A DNA stretch of 64,000 bases from an uncultured candidate division Zixibacteria bacterium (GTDB lineage Bacteria > Zixibacteria > MSB-5A5 > GN15 > FEB-12), in contig CAVTJJ010000004.1 of assembly GCA_963735035.1 (NCBI GenBank), positions 1,248,001 to 1,312,000 on the forward strand, given 5' to 3'. Within the stretch, counting starts at the first letter, position 1; each line of letters opens with the position of its first letter. The position numbers were made by a program, and so were the translations under genes. Positions 20,685-30,769 of this stretch are shown piece after piece. The notes below the pieces were generated by a model that was not told the DNA's origin, did no database searches, and worked only from the letters and a program-made list of their open reading frames with translations.

Positions 20685-21902
20685 ATGGACGCCGTCAAGC
20701 TCGGTTTCATACTGCTTGCTATCATCTTCGCTCTCAAGCGCAAGATGCCGGTCGGCTTAACACTGCTGGCTATGGGGCCTCTGACCGCGCTCATATATCA
20801 AGTGCCGCTGGGGCCGTTGCTGGAGAGTTATTGGGAAGTAACACGGTCGCAGCAGTTCTATTCTCTGACGGCATTAGTCGTTCTAATTACGATCATGGGG
20901 AACCTGCTCAAGACCCTGGGCTTCCTGGATCGCCTGGCCAATGCCTGTCAGGGTTTGTACGGCGGCGCTCGCACGGCCGTCGCGGTGCTCCCGCCGCTGG
21001 TCGGGTTGATGCCCATGCCGGGCGGTTCGCTCCTGTCAGCGCCGCTGGTGAATTCAGTCCTGAGAGGACCCCAGTACACTCCACAATTCAAGTGTGCGGC
21101 GAACTACTGGTTTCGCCACATGGTCGAGATGACCTGGCCGCTCTACGCCGGTATCGTGCTGACATCGGCCATGACCGGAATGTCGATTGCCAGCGTCTCA
21201 CTCCTACAGGCACCGTTCACTCTTACCATGCTCGCGCTCGGACTGATCTTCTTTACGAGACGGATCGCCAGTGAGCCATCAGGAGAACCTTCACTCTGGC
21301 GCCCTCTTCGGGGAATTGCTCTGTCGATCTGGCCGGTGATGGTGGCGGTGCTTCTCTATGGTATACTGAAAGTCGAAATGTCGCTGTCAGCTCTCATCGC
21401 CCTGGCCTTGCTAGTCATAGTGGGAAAGCCATCAAAGCCGGTGCTCTGGAAAGCGATCAAGACCGGACTTGAGCTCGACCTGCTCGCCCTGATTTACGGC
21501 GTCCTGACATTTCAAAAGGCCCTGGACCTCTCCGGTGGGATTCAATCGATCTCCAGCCTGGCGACCGCCTATCATCTGCCCGAGGAGCTTCTGATCTTTG
21601 CGGTCTGTTTCACGATCGGCCTGTTGACCGGGATGGTCTCGGCGTACATAGGGTTAGGGTATTCGCTTCTTTCCGGCCTGCTCTACCAACCGCAGGTCAA
21701 TCCCGGTTACATTATGATAGCCAGTCTTTCGGGGTTCATCGGGATGCTGGTTTCGCCGGCCCATTTGTGTCTGATTCTGACAAATGACTACTTCGGCAGC
21801 GACCTGCTCAAAGTAATCCGAACGCTCTTATTCCCACTGTTGTTATTGGCTATAATGGGTTTAATGTTGTATCTTGTAGGGTATGGCACGCTGTTTTTGT
21901 AA
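20685..21902 (+). CDS. DUF401-like multi-pass membrane protein (putative transporter)
   Basis: Many TM helices; 'GLMPMPGGSLLSAPLV', 'NYWFRH', 'SPAHLCLILT'. Confidence 0.8.
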   Translation: MDAVKLGFILLAIIFALKRKMPVGLTLLAMGPLTALIYQVPLGPLLESYWEVTRSQQFYSLTALVVLITIMGNLLKTLGFLDRLANACQGLYGGARTAVAVLPPLVGLMPMPGGSLLSAPLVNSVLRGPQYTPQFKCAANYWFRHMVEMTWPLYAGIVLTSAMTGMSIASVSLLQAPFTLTMLALGLIFFTRRIASEPSGEPSLWRPLRGIALSIWPVMVAVLLYGILKVEMSLSALIALALLVIVGKPSKPVLWKAIKTGLELDLLALIYGVLTFQKALDLSGGIQSISSLATAYHLPEELLIFAVCFTIGLLTGMVSAYIGLGYSLLSGLLYQPQVNPGYIMIASLSGFIGMLVSPAHLCLILTNDYFGSDLLKVIRTLLFPLLLLAIMGLMLYLVGYGTLFL

Positions 21903-22027
21903 TGTATTGCGGGACAGCGCGTTGACGAATTTTGTTGAAGTATTGCGCAGAGTGAAACAAACCGTTTCAGTCAATTGAAGCGGTTGAAGGGCATTGGGTT
22001 ACCGAATTCTATTCCGGTAGATTTAGT

Positions 22028-22055
22028 GGAACTTTCCTGATCTCAGGCGGTAACA
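22028..22055 (+). promoter_or_regulatory. ECF sigma promoter (probable autoregulation)
   Basis: GGAACTT-N15-GTAACA, 25 nt before the sigma ATG; GAGGTG RBS downstream. Confidence 0.6.
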
Positions 22056-22080
22056 TAGTTAAACCTCAAAGAGGTGTTGC

Positions 22081-22686
22081 ATGGACAAGCCGACCGAAAA
22101 AGACATCGACTTTACTTTGATGCGAGCCATCCAAAAGGGCGACATGGTTTCGTTTAACGCCATGGTTGACCGGTACAAGGACCGGCTGATGAATGTCATT
22201 GGCCGTATGCTCTCATCTCAGGAAGAAGCCGAAGATATCGTTCAGGAAACGTTCGTTAGGGTTTACCAGCACCGTCAATCGTTCAACTTCCAGCACTGCT
22301 TCAGCACCTGGATTTATACGATTGGCCTGAACCTGGCCCGCAATGAACTTCGCAAGCGTCGCCGATTCAAGTTTTTCGAGATATCGGAGTTGCAGGGCAA
22401 CGAGAAAGAACTTGCAGTCGAAGCCAAGGTGCCTAGCCGGTTACCCGAGATGTTGAATGAAGTAGTGGACACACTTCCGAGTAAGTATCGCGAAGCGTTT
22501 CTGCTGCGGGACATCGAGGAAATGCCGTATGAAGAGGTCGCCAAAGTGCTGGATGTACCTCTTGGCACAGTGAAGTCACGGGTTAATCGCGCTCGCTTGA
22601 TGCTGCGCGAAAAGCTGCAACCCAGGATGGAGGAACAGAATGCGTTGTCGAAAAGTACGCTCCTTGCTGTCAGCGGCTTGTTCTGA
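22081..22686 (+). CDS. rpoE: ECF RNA polymerase sigma factor (RpoE-like)
   Basis: Region 2 'EAEDIVQETFVRVY...FSTWIYTI..N'; region 4 'YEEVAKVLDVPLGTVKSRVNRAR'. Confidence 0.9.
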   Translation: MDKPTEKDIDFTLMRAIQKGDMVSFNAMVDRYKDRLMNVIGRMLSSQEEAEDIVQETFVRVYQHRQSFNFQHCFSTWIYTIGLNLARNELRKRRRFKFFEISELQGNEKELAVEAKVPSRLPEMLNEVVDTLPSKYREAFLLRDIEEMPYEEVAKVLDVPLGTVKSRVNRARLMLREKLQPRMEEQNALSKSTLLAVSGLF

Positions 22687-23329
22687 CGAGTTGGATATTC
22701 GTCGTCAGGCTGCAGTGAGGGATCACCTGTCGTCATGCTCGGCGTGTCGCAAGGAAGCGTCCTTTTATACGACTGTCCGTCAGGCCGTCGGTCAGGTACC
22801 GCAGAAGTCGGTCAGTCAGGATTTCAATGCCCGGCTGCTTGATCGGGTGGCTCGGGAGCGGTTCCTGCAGACCCGTACGCGGGCTTATCTGGCGCATGGA
22901 GCGCCACGTCTGTCGTGGGGTATACTTGTCCCGGTGGTGGTGACAGTGGCTCTCGCCGTGGTGGCGGTGAGCAACTACGACCGCTTCAATTTGACAGTTC
23001 CGGGATCGACCCCGATGGCTCAGAATCCGGGCTCGATCGATGATTCATATCTTACCGCCCAACCGACCGCCAATCACAAAGCGGCTCTCGGCATGGGCAA
23101 CGATTGGTCATTGGGTCAGCAGTTGGCCCGCTCTGAACGGCTTGAGACGGTATCGCGTGAGATGACCAATAATTCCGGTTTCGGCAATATGCACCTCGCG
23201 GGTATGACTACCCCGGCAGGTGTGCCGTACCCGACCACGTCGCAGTATTACATGATGCAGCGACCGGTGTACCGAGTTTACCGCATTACGGGCGGTACGA
23301 ACGGCAGGGAGGATGTACAGGCATACTAA
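22640..23329 (+). CDS. Zinc-binding (ZAS) membrane anti-sigma factor
   Basis: 'HLSSCSAC' HxxxCxxC motif, single TM helix, overlaps the sigma gene. Confidence 0.85.
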   Translation: MRCRKVRSLLSAACSDELDIRRQAAVRDHLSSCSACRKEASFYTTVRQAVGQVPQKSVSQDFNARLLDRVARERFLQTRTRAYLAHGAPRLSWGILVPVVVTVALAVVAVSNYDRFNLTVPGSTPMAQNPGSIDDSYLTAQPTANHKAALGMGNDWSLGQQLARSERLETVSREMTNNSGFGNMHLAGMTTPAGVPYPTTSQYYMMQRPVYRVYRITGGTNGREDVQAY

Positions 23330-23330
23330 A

Positions 23331-24512
23331 ATGGTAAGGCGAAAGCTTCCGACCGCCGCGAGGTTCTGCACGGTTCTCTTGTCGGCGGTCTTTTTTTCTT
23401 TAAGCAGCTTATCAGCCCAGGAGTCGCTCGACAATCTCGAGTCCGGCCTCACCGACCTGGTATATCGTCTATCCCGGTCGGTCGTAACGGTCGAGGCCTC
23501 TCGTCAGGTTCCGACCAGCCGCTTTGGCTCGGCTGTTGATCAGACCTATCGTCGGGAGACAACGACCGGTATCGTCGTGGACTCCAACGGCCTGGTGTTG
23601 GTGGCAGTGCGCCCGATTCTCGGTTATGAACATCTCATGGTGCGCTATGAGAATCGCACCGTTCCGGCCGAGATGGTAGCGGTCGACTATCAGACCGAAC
23701 TGGCCCTGCTTCGGACCCGCGAGCACGGCGGTGTTGCCCCAGATTTCGACCAGCAACATGCCTGTGCGGGGCAGGCAGTGCTCGCCCTCGGACATGTATC
23801 TGGGTTTCGATCTTCGCCCGCGCTAGGTTTTTGCGCCGGACTGCGCGACGACGGCGTTCTGCAATTTTCCATACCGAGTATGGGCACCCGGCTGGGGGCG
23901 GGAATTTTTGACCTCGGCGGCCATCTTCTAGGGGTTGTCTCCGAAGCCACGCTGAATGATCCGTCAATAGTATTTGCGGTTCCGGCCTACCAACTGACCG
24001 GGATCGTCAGTCAACTTCTAAAGCACGGCGACCGGCAGTCCGGCTTTGCCGGCATTACTTCGCAGGAAATCGAGATCAGCCCCGGACTTGTCTTACCGCC
24101 TGGAGGAACCAGGACGGTGTCATCCGGCTCGCAGTCGGATGTTATCGACCGTGGCGTGGTAGTGACTTCGGTTGTTATGAGTTCGCCGGCTTCACGGGCC
24201 GGGTTGATGATCGGCGATCTGGTCTATGCCGTGGATCGGATGCCGGTCAATTCGGCTTCGGGGTTGGCCAGCCTGGTAAAACACAGCCTTCCCGGCACCC
24301 GTCTGCAATTCGATTTCATACGCCAGGGGCAGATTTTGTCCGTCCCCCTGGTAGTGGGACGCAAGAGCATCCAGCTCGAATCGACCATGGGCGCCGACCA
24401 ATCAGGATATGGACAAGCTCAATTGGTTGATTCTCTTCGCCAGGCTCTGGACCAGATGCGCCAGCAGATCAACCGCCTGGAAAATCGCCTCAATTCCCTC
24501 GGCCAAGATTAG
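23331..24512 (+). CDS. HtrA/DegP-like trypsin-fold + PDZ protein, catalytic triad apparently lost
   Basis: Signal peptide; trypsin-like layout; PDZ 'GVVVTSVVMSSPASRAGLMIGDLVYAVD'; C-terminal coiled coil. Alternative start at 23313. Confidence 0.8.
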   Translation: MVRRKLPTAARFCTVLLSAVFFSLSSLSAQESLDNLESGLTDLVYRLSRSVVTVEASRQVPTSRFGSAVDQTYRRETTTGIVVDSNGLVLVAVRPILGYEHLMVRYENRTVPAEMVAVDYQTELALLRTREHGGVAPDFDQQHACAGQAVLALGHVSGFRSSPALGFCAGLRDDGVLQFSIPSMGTRLGAGIFDLGGHLLGVVSEATLNDPSIVFAVPAYQLTGIVSQLLKHGDRQSGFAGITSQEIEISPGLVLPPGGTRTVSSGSQSDVIDRGVVVTSVVMSSPASRAGLMIGDLVYAVDRMPVNSASGLASLVKHSLPGTRLQFDFIRQGQILSVPLVVGRKSIQLESTMGADQSGYGQAQLVDSLRQALDQMRQQINRLENRLNSLGQD

Positions 24513-24550
24513 AATTGCCAAGAGACGCCGGATCGCTCTACATTAAGACC

Positions 24551-25219
24551 ATGTGCCGGAGCCGGATCGAGGACAATTTCATTACCCGACTGCAGGGGTT
24601 TCAGCCCGAAAGACACGGGACCACGCGGGCGCTGAGCCTGTACTCGGCCGCGATCGCCCTGGCCGACACCGGATGTCTCAAGGCCGCCGAGAATACCTGT
24701 CGCCATTCCGGCGTTACCCATCAACAGCTCTACGAGACCATGCTGCAGTCTTATCTGTTTCTGGGATTCCCGCGCATGCTGACCGCGGCCGAAGCGTTGA
24801 CTGGAAACAGTCATTCGCACGAAGCCGTAGATGCTCTTAAAGGTGAACTCCGGAGTGAGCCCGAGAAGTGGCGGGAACGGGGACGCGAGCTATGCCGTCG
24901 TGTCTATCAAGGAAACTATGAGGCTCTGAAAACCAGGGTCGAGACGATGGCGCCAGAGGTGTTCTTCTGGATGGAGCTCGAAGGGTACGGCAAGGTGCTC
25001 TCACGCCCGGGACTTGATATAATTGACCGCGAGATGGCTATCGTCGGCTGTCTACTCATGGAGAACCGCCCGACCCAGCTTCATTCTCACCTGCGCGGCG
25101 CTTTGAACGTCGGCGCTTCACGCGAACTGGTGCAGGACGTCTTGTCCGATATCGCGCCGATTGCCCCCGAAAAATACGCCGGGGCGCGGATCGTACTCGA
25201 AAGGCTGGGGTTGAACTAA
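24551..25219 (+). CDS. Carboxymuconolactone decarboxylase (AhpD-like fold) family protein
   Basis: 'YLFLGFPR', 'YGKVLSRPGLDIIDREM', 'QLHSHLRGALNVGA'; start uncertain (TTG 24515 possible). Confidence 0.8.
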   Translation: MCRSRIEDNFITRLQGFQPERHGTTRALSLYSAAIALADTGCLKAAENTCRHSGVTHQQLYETMLQSYLFLGFPRMLTAAEALTGNSHSHEAVDALKGELRSEPEKWRERGRELCRRVYQGNYEALKTRVETMAPEVFFWMELEGYGKVLSRPGLDIIDREMAIVGCLLMENRPTQLHSHLRGALNVGASRELVQDVLSDIAPIAPEKYAGARIVLERLGLN

Positions 25220-28200
25220 TGCGCCGCTGGCTCAAATGGTTCCTGGGACTGGTCGGCGCCTTCTTCCTGGTAATGATCGGTGTCTACGTTTACATCTTCT
25301 ATCTGGGGGGACTGGAAAACTACGTTGTGAAGGAAGTTAACCGGACATTGGCCGGGCCGGAGAACCTGCGAGTATCACTCGATCGCATCAAGGGAGACCT
25401 CTACAGCGGTGTTCAGATCGAAGGACTTTCAATCGATTATATAGATTCGACTCGCCGATTCAATCTGGTCCGCGTGGCACGTGTAACAGCCCACTACGAC
25501 TTCTCCGACCTCTGGCAGGGAGCTCTTCGCTTCAGTTCGATCGACTTGCACGGGCTGGAATTGACGGTCGCCCAGGGGACAGATGGCCGATGGATCGTTC
25601 CAATCGCGGGAACGCCTCAACCAACGGAAAGCGGCGAGACCAAATCAATTGCGATCAACCGCGTGGCGATTGACAGTTCCAGGATTACCATATTGCGAAC
25701 CAACGATACTCTGTCGTTTGAGAATCTCAATCTGGTGGCAGGGGTGGAGCGCGAAGGGCCGTCGCTGTCACTCGCGATTCAGCGCCTCAGCTTCTCTTCA
25801 CCCGATTCCGCATTGACTCTCGACAACCTGACGGGTCGCGCCACTTTGACCGGTTCCATCCTCTTGTTTCAGGACCTGCAGGTTAAGAAGGGTGACAGCC
25901 GTCTAAAGGCCAGCGGAACATTTGATATCAAGGCGATGGCCGGGGAAGTGGATGTTTCGGCAGACGGTATCAGGCTGGATGAAATCAGCAACCGGTTCGG
26001 TGGCAAGTTGCGCGGTGTGATCGACGCCGACGGCAAGATTTCGTTTGCGGGCTCGAAGCTCCGCGGGCGAGTTAATGTGGGTGGAAGCTTCCTGTTTGCC
26101 GATCTCGGCAACCTCGTGATTGATTTCCGCTTTGCCGATAAAGTCCTCGATCTCGACACGGTTTATGGCACCGTGTTCGGCAATTGTGGTATCGACGGGT
26201 CCGGGGAAGTTGATTTCCGGCCAATGCCGGAGCAGTATCGACTGACGGCTGATGTGCGAAATCTGGACCTGACTCAGATCGAGCCGGGGACGTTTCGGTC
26301 GGACCTTACTGGACACATCGATCTTCGCGGCGAGTCGTTTTCGAACGCCACGCTGGTTCTCGAACTCGACGTGAATCTGTTCGAATCATCGTTCGACGAA
26401 TACCCGATTCAGCGCGCCCAGGGGCCGCTCAGGATCACCACCGACTCGCTTACTTTCCCCACGACTTTCTCCGTGGACTATTTCGAGAATCGATTCGACG
26501 TGGTTGGTGTCATCAACTACAAGCGGAACATGAATCTGGTGGTCGATGCCGAGCTGAACAATCTCGATCGATATCGCGACCGCTTGTTTATCAATCAGCC
26601 CGGCGGGCGCGGCCGGGCACACGCGACCTTGTCGGGCAAGACATCGGACCCCGATCTCTCCGGACGCTTCTGGTCCGACTCGCTCTGGATTTACGGACTC
26701 TATACCGACAGCGCCTATTCGGAATTCGACATAGCGCGATTTCTCACAGGTCGAAAGGGCAAGGTCACCGTTGATCTTGGCGCCGGCGCCGCCTGGCAGG
26801 TGCCGTTTGACAGCAGTTTTGCCAGACTAACCATTGATTCCACGAAGCTGTTTATTGACACGGTTGCCATGGCAAATTCTTATGCCAAGGTTTCTTCGCG
26901 AGGGCTGCTGGATCAGGGCGCTTATCCGTGGAAGCTGACTCTGGATACTCTCGACCTCGGATTGCTGGATCGCTTGTATCACAACCGGGCTCAGATGAAG
27001 ATCGAAGTCGACAGCCTGGGATTTAATTTCGTGGATGCGACTCTGGTCGAAGGGGAAACGTCCATCAGCGCCGAACGCCGGCTGAACTTCGACGAAACCA
27101 TGGATATGAATGTCCGGGCTTCGGGAATCGAGGTCCAGCCATGGTTGAAATTAATCAGTCGCGATTACGGCGTACACGGCATCTTCTCCGGCGAGGCCAC
27201 GCTGGGAAGTAGTTTCGTCAGTCCGGTAATCGACCTGAATGGCAGCCTGGATTCCATTCAATATTGCGACGAAGAGTTGGGTAAGATAACGGCCCTGATG
27301 CGCTATCGAGACAGCCTGGTTACCATCGACAGCCTGGTGCTTCAGTCAGAACATGGGCGGTATCGTGCTGATGGGAAGTTCTATGCTGATCTCTCTTTTG
27401 CCCTGGGTGTGGAGAAGCGTCTACTGGACCGGCCCTTCGATCTCAGGATCACGGGAGAAGAAGTCGATTCAGCGTTCAAGCTCATTCCCTGTCTGCTGCC
27501 GTCGGTCGAGCAGGCCGGAGGCGAATTCCATGTCGATTTCAATCTGGAAGGCACTCCGAGCAGCCCACACCTGAACGGTCAGGCATATCTCAAGAACGGG
27601 TGGCTCAAGTATCTCGATCTGGCGGATATTCTCAAAACCGATTCCGTATCGGTGGCAATGCAGGACAACAAAATACTATTTAACAATATCGATATTTACG
27701 TAAAGGATGAAAAGACGAAGAAGCGGGCCGACGCATTCTTATCCGGCGATCTTACTGTCAAAGCCATCGATAGCTTCTTCTATAACGTTCAAGTTGCCAT
27801 CCCGCAAGACTTCCCGGTCATCTATGAACTCGATGACATTGGCGGGGTGGTGAAGGGTACGCTATATGTGAAGGGCATGACCCCTCCAGTCGTCTCAGGT
27901 GATTTGACAGTGCCGGAAGGTCGCTATCTCACCGAGTTCGCGGATGAACAATCCGGATCACCGCTCATGTTGGCGCTCTCTGGTGAAAACACGTGGGACC
28001 TGGATATCAATTTCGAGATTCCTTCCAATTATTGGATAAAGAACCAGGACATCGATGCGGAATTTGGCGGTTATTTGAACATCGTTCGCGAGAACGGCAA
28101 GTACCGCTTTGTCGGGAACCTGGACATACTCCGCGGGCGGGGCTTCCTGTTTGATAAGACTTTCCGCATCAGCACCGATTCAGCCAGCGTAATTTTCGAA

Positions 28201-28764
28201 GATGTCGAATACTTTGACCCGCGTCTGGATATCTGGGCCAGCACGCGCATACCTCTGACCGGAACCACAAAGAATGAGCAGAAGTACGAGGACCTCAAGG
28301 TGCACGTCACGGGTACGCTGGAGAAACCGGAATTTGCGTTCTATCTGGCGGGCCAGGAGGACACTCCAATAGCGTACGATGCCATTCTGCCGCTCATCGT
28401 AGCCAACTACTACGGTGAGTCATCATCGAACGGGGCTTTTGAAGAGCGTGTGTCGCAACTGGTATCCTCTCAGGTGTCCCAGATAGGCACGCGGCAACTT
28501 GGGGTGGAGACTTTTGAAATTGATCCCACTTACGAGGGATATCTGAACCTGGCGCAAACGCGGGTGACAGTCGGCAAGTATGCCGGGTCGAATCTCTATC
28601 TGTGGGGACGGTCATCGGTGGAGTTCCAGCAGGCTCTGGAAGCCGGCTTCGAGTATCGCATAAGCCGCAACCTTCTGTTTGAAGGATACCGCGAAGACAG
28701 CACCGATCCGGAACTGGGTGAGACCTATCATCTCAATCTGAAGATGCATTGGGACTATAAATGA
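25219..28764 (+). CDS. tamB: Translocation and assembly module TamB / AsmA-like protein
   Basis: N-terminal TM anchor, long beta-rich body, DUF490-like C-terminus ('VHVTGTLEKPEF', 'TVGKY', 'EYRI'); overlaps the Omp85 gene. Confidence 0.82.
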   Translation: MRRWLKWFLGLVGAFFLVMIGVYVYIFYLGGLENYVVKEVNRTLAGPENLRVSLDRIKGDLYSGVQIEGLSIDYIDSTRRFNLVRVARVTAHYDFSDLWQGALRFSSIDLHGLELTVAQGTDGRWIVPIAGTPQPTESGETKSIAINRVAIDSSRITILRTNDTLSFENLNLVAGVEREGPSLSLAIQRLSFSSPDSALTLDNLTGRATLTGSILLFQDLQVKKGDSRLKASGTFDIKAMAGEVDVSADGIRLDEISNRFGGKLRGVIDADGKISFAGSKLRGRVNVGGSFLFADLGNLVIDFRFADKVLDLDTVYGTVFGNCGIDGSGEVDFRPMPEQYRLTADVRNLDLTQIEPGTFRSDLTGHIDLRGESFSNATLVLELDVNLFESSFDEYPIQRAQGPLRITTDSLTFPTTFSVDYFENRFDVVGVINYKRNMNLVVDAELNNLDRYRDRLFINQPGGRGRAHATLSGKTSDPDLSGRFWSDSLWIYGLYTDSAYSEFDIARFLTGRKGKVTVDLGAGAAWQVPFDSSFARLTIDSTKLFIDTVAMANSYAKVSSRGLLDQGAYPWKLTLDTLDLGLLDRLYHNRAQMKIEVDSLGFNFVDATLVEGETSISAERRLNFDETMDMNVRASGIEVQPWLKLISRDYGVHGIFSGEATLGSSFVSPVIDLNGSLDSIQYCDEELGKITALMRYRDSLVTIDSLVLQSEHGRYRADGKFYADLSFALGVEKRLLDRPFDLRITGEEVDSAFKLIPCLLPSVEQAGGEFHVDFNLEGTPSSPHLNGQAYLKNGWLKYLDLADILKTDSVSVAMQDNKILFNNIDIYVKDEKTKKRADAFLSGDLTVKAIDSFFYNVQVAIPQDFPVIYELDDIGGVVKGTLYVKGMTPPVVSGDLTVPEGRYLTEFADEQSGSPLMLALSGENTWDLDINFEIPSNYWIKNQDIDAEFGGYLNIVRENGKYRFVGNLDILRGRGFLFDKTFRISTDSASVIFEDVEYFDPRLDIWASTRIPLTGTTKNEQKYEDLKVHVTGTLEKPEFAFYLAGQEDTPIAYDAILPLIVANYYGESSSNGAFEERVSQLVSSQVSQIGTRQLGVETFEIDPTYEGYLNLAQTRVTVGKYAGSNLYLWGRSSVEFQQALEAGFEYRISRNLLFEGYREDSTDPELGETYHLNLKMHWDYK

Positions 28765-30698
28765 AGCGGCTGCTGCTCATAGCCATGCTGATTCTTGCGG
28801 GATCAGCTTTCGGAGCGCCGCCCGTGTCCAAGACGATTCTGCGTTGGGCGCGCAATCGTCCGATTGGATCGATTCAGATCGACGGCAATCGCTACTTCAC
28901 TGAAGGGTACATACGCAAGCATCTATATTCTCGCACACGGAATGTCTGGCTGGCGATCAAGGGCGACCGACGCAGCCGCGTTCAGGCGGAGACTCTCCAG
29001 CGTGACACGCTGGAAGTCAAGTATCTGTATCTCACCAACGGTTTTCTTGATGCCCATGTCGATCACACCTACGAGCCGCGTCTACCCGATTCGGCTGCCG
29101 TAGTGAAGATACATATTGAAGAGGGACCTCAATACCTGGTCGGTGGCACCGCTCTTGATGGCTCCTATGACCTTCAATATCATCCCCGATTTGTGGCCAT
29201 GCTTACCAAGCTGGAGCGTGGCAAGCCGGTCAATCTCTTTGTGCTCAAGGACACTGAAACCGCGCTTAAGGCTTTTCTGGCCAATCGGGGATTTCCTTAC
29301 GCCCGGATAGCCTATACTGTGGATACTTCCGCCACTCCTGCTTCCTGTCTGATAACTTTTTCGGTGCAGTCGGATTCGCTCGTGCATTTTGGCAATGTCA
29401 CTGTGGAGGTGGCCAACCCGAAGCCGGACAGCACCGGTAGGTATGGCGACAACGCCGCGCTTCGTGAACTGAAAATCAAGCCCGGGGCCGTTTACCGACG
29501 GGACGACATTATCGAGTCACAGCGGAGGCTCTTCGAGTCCGGCTATTTCACTACGTTTCAATTGTCTAATTCAACGACTTCCGGTGACAGTCTAAAACCC
29601 GATTTCCTGCTGCGCGTGACGGAGCGCAAGAGCTCTTATACGACTATTCGTCTGGGCGCTGCGCAATCGAATGTCAGAGACCTGGTGTGGGATTTTTCGG
29701 CCGTGGCCGGGAAACGCAATACCTGGGAAACCCGGACTTTGGAAGGTTCGATCGATCTGTCGTTTGCCGCAGGCAGAGATACCCGTCTGCTAACCAACGT
29801 GTTCAAGGCGCAATTCCAGGAACCCTGGTTTCTGGGGACGAGAACCAGGATGGTCCTTTCTACAGAGTATCAGCCGCGCATCAAGGACGCCGTTCAGGAC
29901 TTCGACAAGGAGTACTGGGCGATGTCGGCCGCCTTCTCGCGATGGTTCGGACGCAAACTGCGGGGAACGATGGGACTGGAATACCGCAAGGTCCGCATCT
30001 CGAATGTGGCCCCTTCGGAAATTCCCATCATCAAGGAGCAGCAGGGGCTCTCGGCGAGGCGCAGAGTGTATCTTACTACCCGTCGTGATGTTCGTGACGA
30101 TCCGTTCATCCCCTCGAAGGGTTCCGTGACGGAATTCAGCGGCGACTTCTATGGCGGGTTTCTTCGCGGTGACGCCAACTTCTATAAGGTCCAGGCCAGT
30201 TGGTCCCGATACCAGCGAGTCTGGCCCGGCTGGATATTGGCCTCGCGGATTCGAGGCGCTTCAGCAGCTCCCTTCGGTGGAACTCCCGCCGTACCTGCGG
30301 ACGAGGCCCTGTATCTGGGTGGGGCCAACAGCATTAGAGGTGTCGCCGAAAACAGGCTTGGGCCGCTCGATTCTCTCGGCAATCCGATCGGTGCCCGCTA
30401 TACAGTTGTCTTCAATCAGGAGCTTCGCTGGCGGACGCTTCAGGTGTTGACTGTGCTACCCTTGATAGGTGACTTGATGAGCAAGTTTCCGCTCTGGCAG
30501 TCTTTGTTTGTCGATGCGGGCAACGGTTTTCGCAACGAAAAGGAAATGCGCTTCGAAAATGTAGCCGTAGCCTATGGTCTGGGATTTCAACTCGTTTCAC
30601 CCGCCGGTCCTATTCGTATAGACTACGCCGAGCTGGTCAAACACGGCACTTTTCGTTACTCCCACCGCTGGCACTTCACTATATTGTACGCGTTCTAA
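28761..30698 (+). CDS. tamA: TamA/BamA (Omp85) family outer-membrane protein
   Basis: Signal peptide, POTRA repeats, 'YLGGANSIRG', 'SPAGPIRIDYA', terminal Phe. Confidence 0.85.
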   Translation: MKRLLLIAMLILAGSAFGAPPVSKTILRWARNRPIGSIQIDGNRYFTEGYIRKHLYSRTRNVWLAIKGDRRSRVQAETLQRDTLEVKYLYLTNGFLDAHVDHTYEPRLPDSAAVVKIHIEEGPQYLVGGTALDGSYDLQYHPRFVAMLTKLERGKPVNLFVLKDTETALKAFLANRGFPYARIAYTVDTSATPASCLITFSVQSDSLVHFGNVTVEVANPKPDSTGRYGDNAALRELKIKPGAVYRRDDIIESQRRLFESGYFTTFQLSNSTTSGDSLKPDFLLRVTERKSSYTTIRLGAAQSNVRDLVWDFSAVAGKRNTWETRTLEGSIDLSFAAGRDTRLLTNVFKAQFQEPWFLGTRTRMVLSTEYQPRIKDAVQDFDKEYWAMSAAFSRWFGRKLRGTMGLEYRKVRISNVAPSEIPIIKEQQGLSARRRVYLTTRRDVRDDPFIPSKGSVTEFSGDFYGGFLRGDANFYKVQASWSRYQRVWPGWILASRIRGASAAPFGGTPAVPADEALYLGGANSIRGVAENRLGPLDSLGNPIGARYTVVFNQELRWRTLQVLTVLPLIGDLMSKFPLWQSLFVDAGNGFRNEKEMRFENVAVAYGLGFQLVSPAGPIRIDYAELVKHGTFRYSHRWHFTILYAF

Positions 30699-30769
30699 AT
30701 TCCGGTCTATGAATCATCCGCCGGGCACTAATATCTGTCCAGATGGTTTCAGACCTTATGGGAAATACG

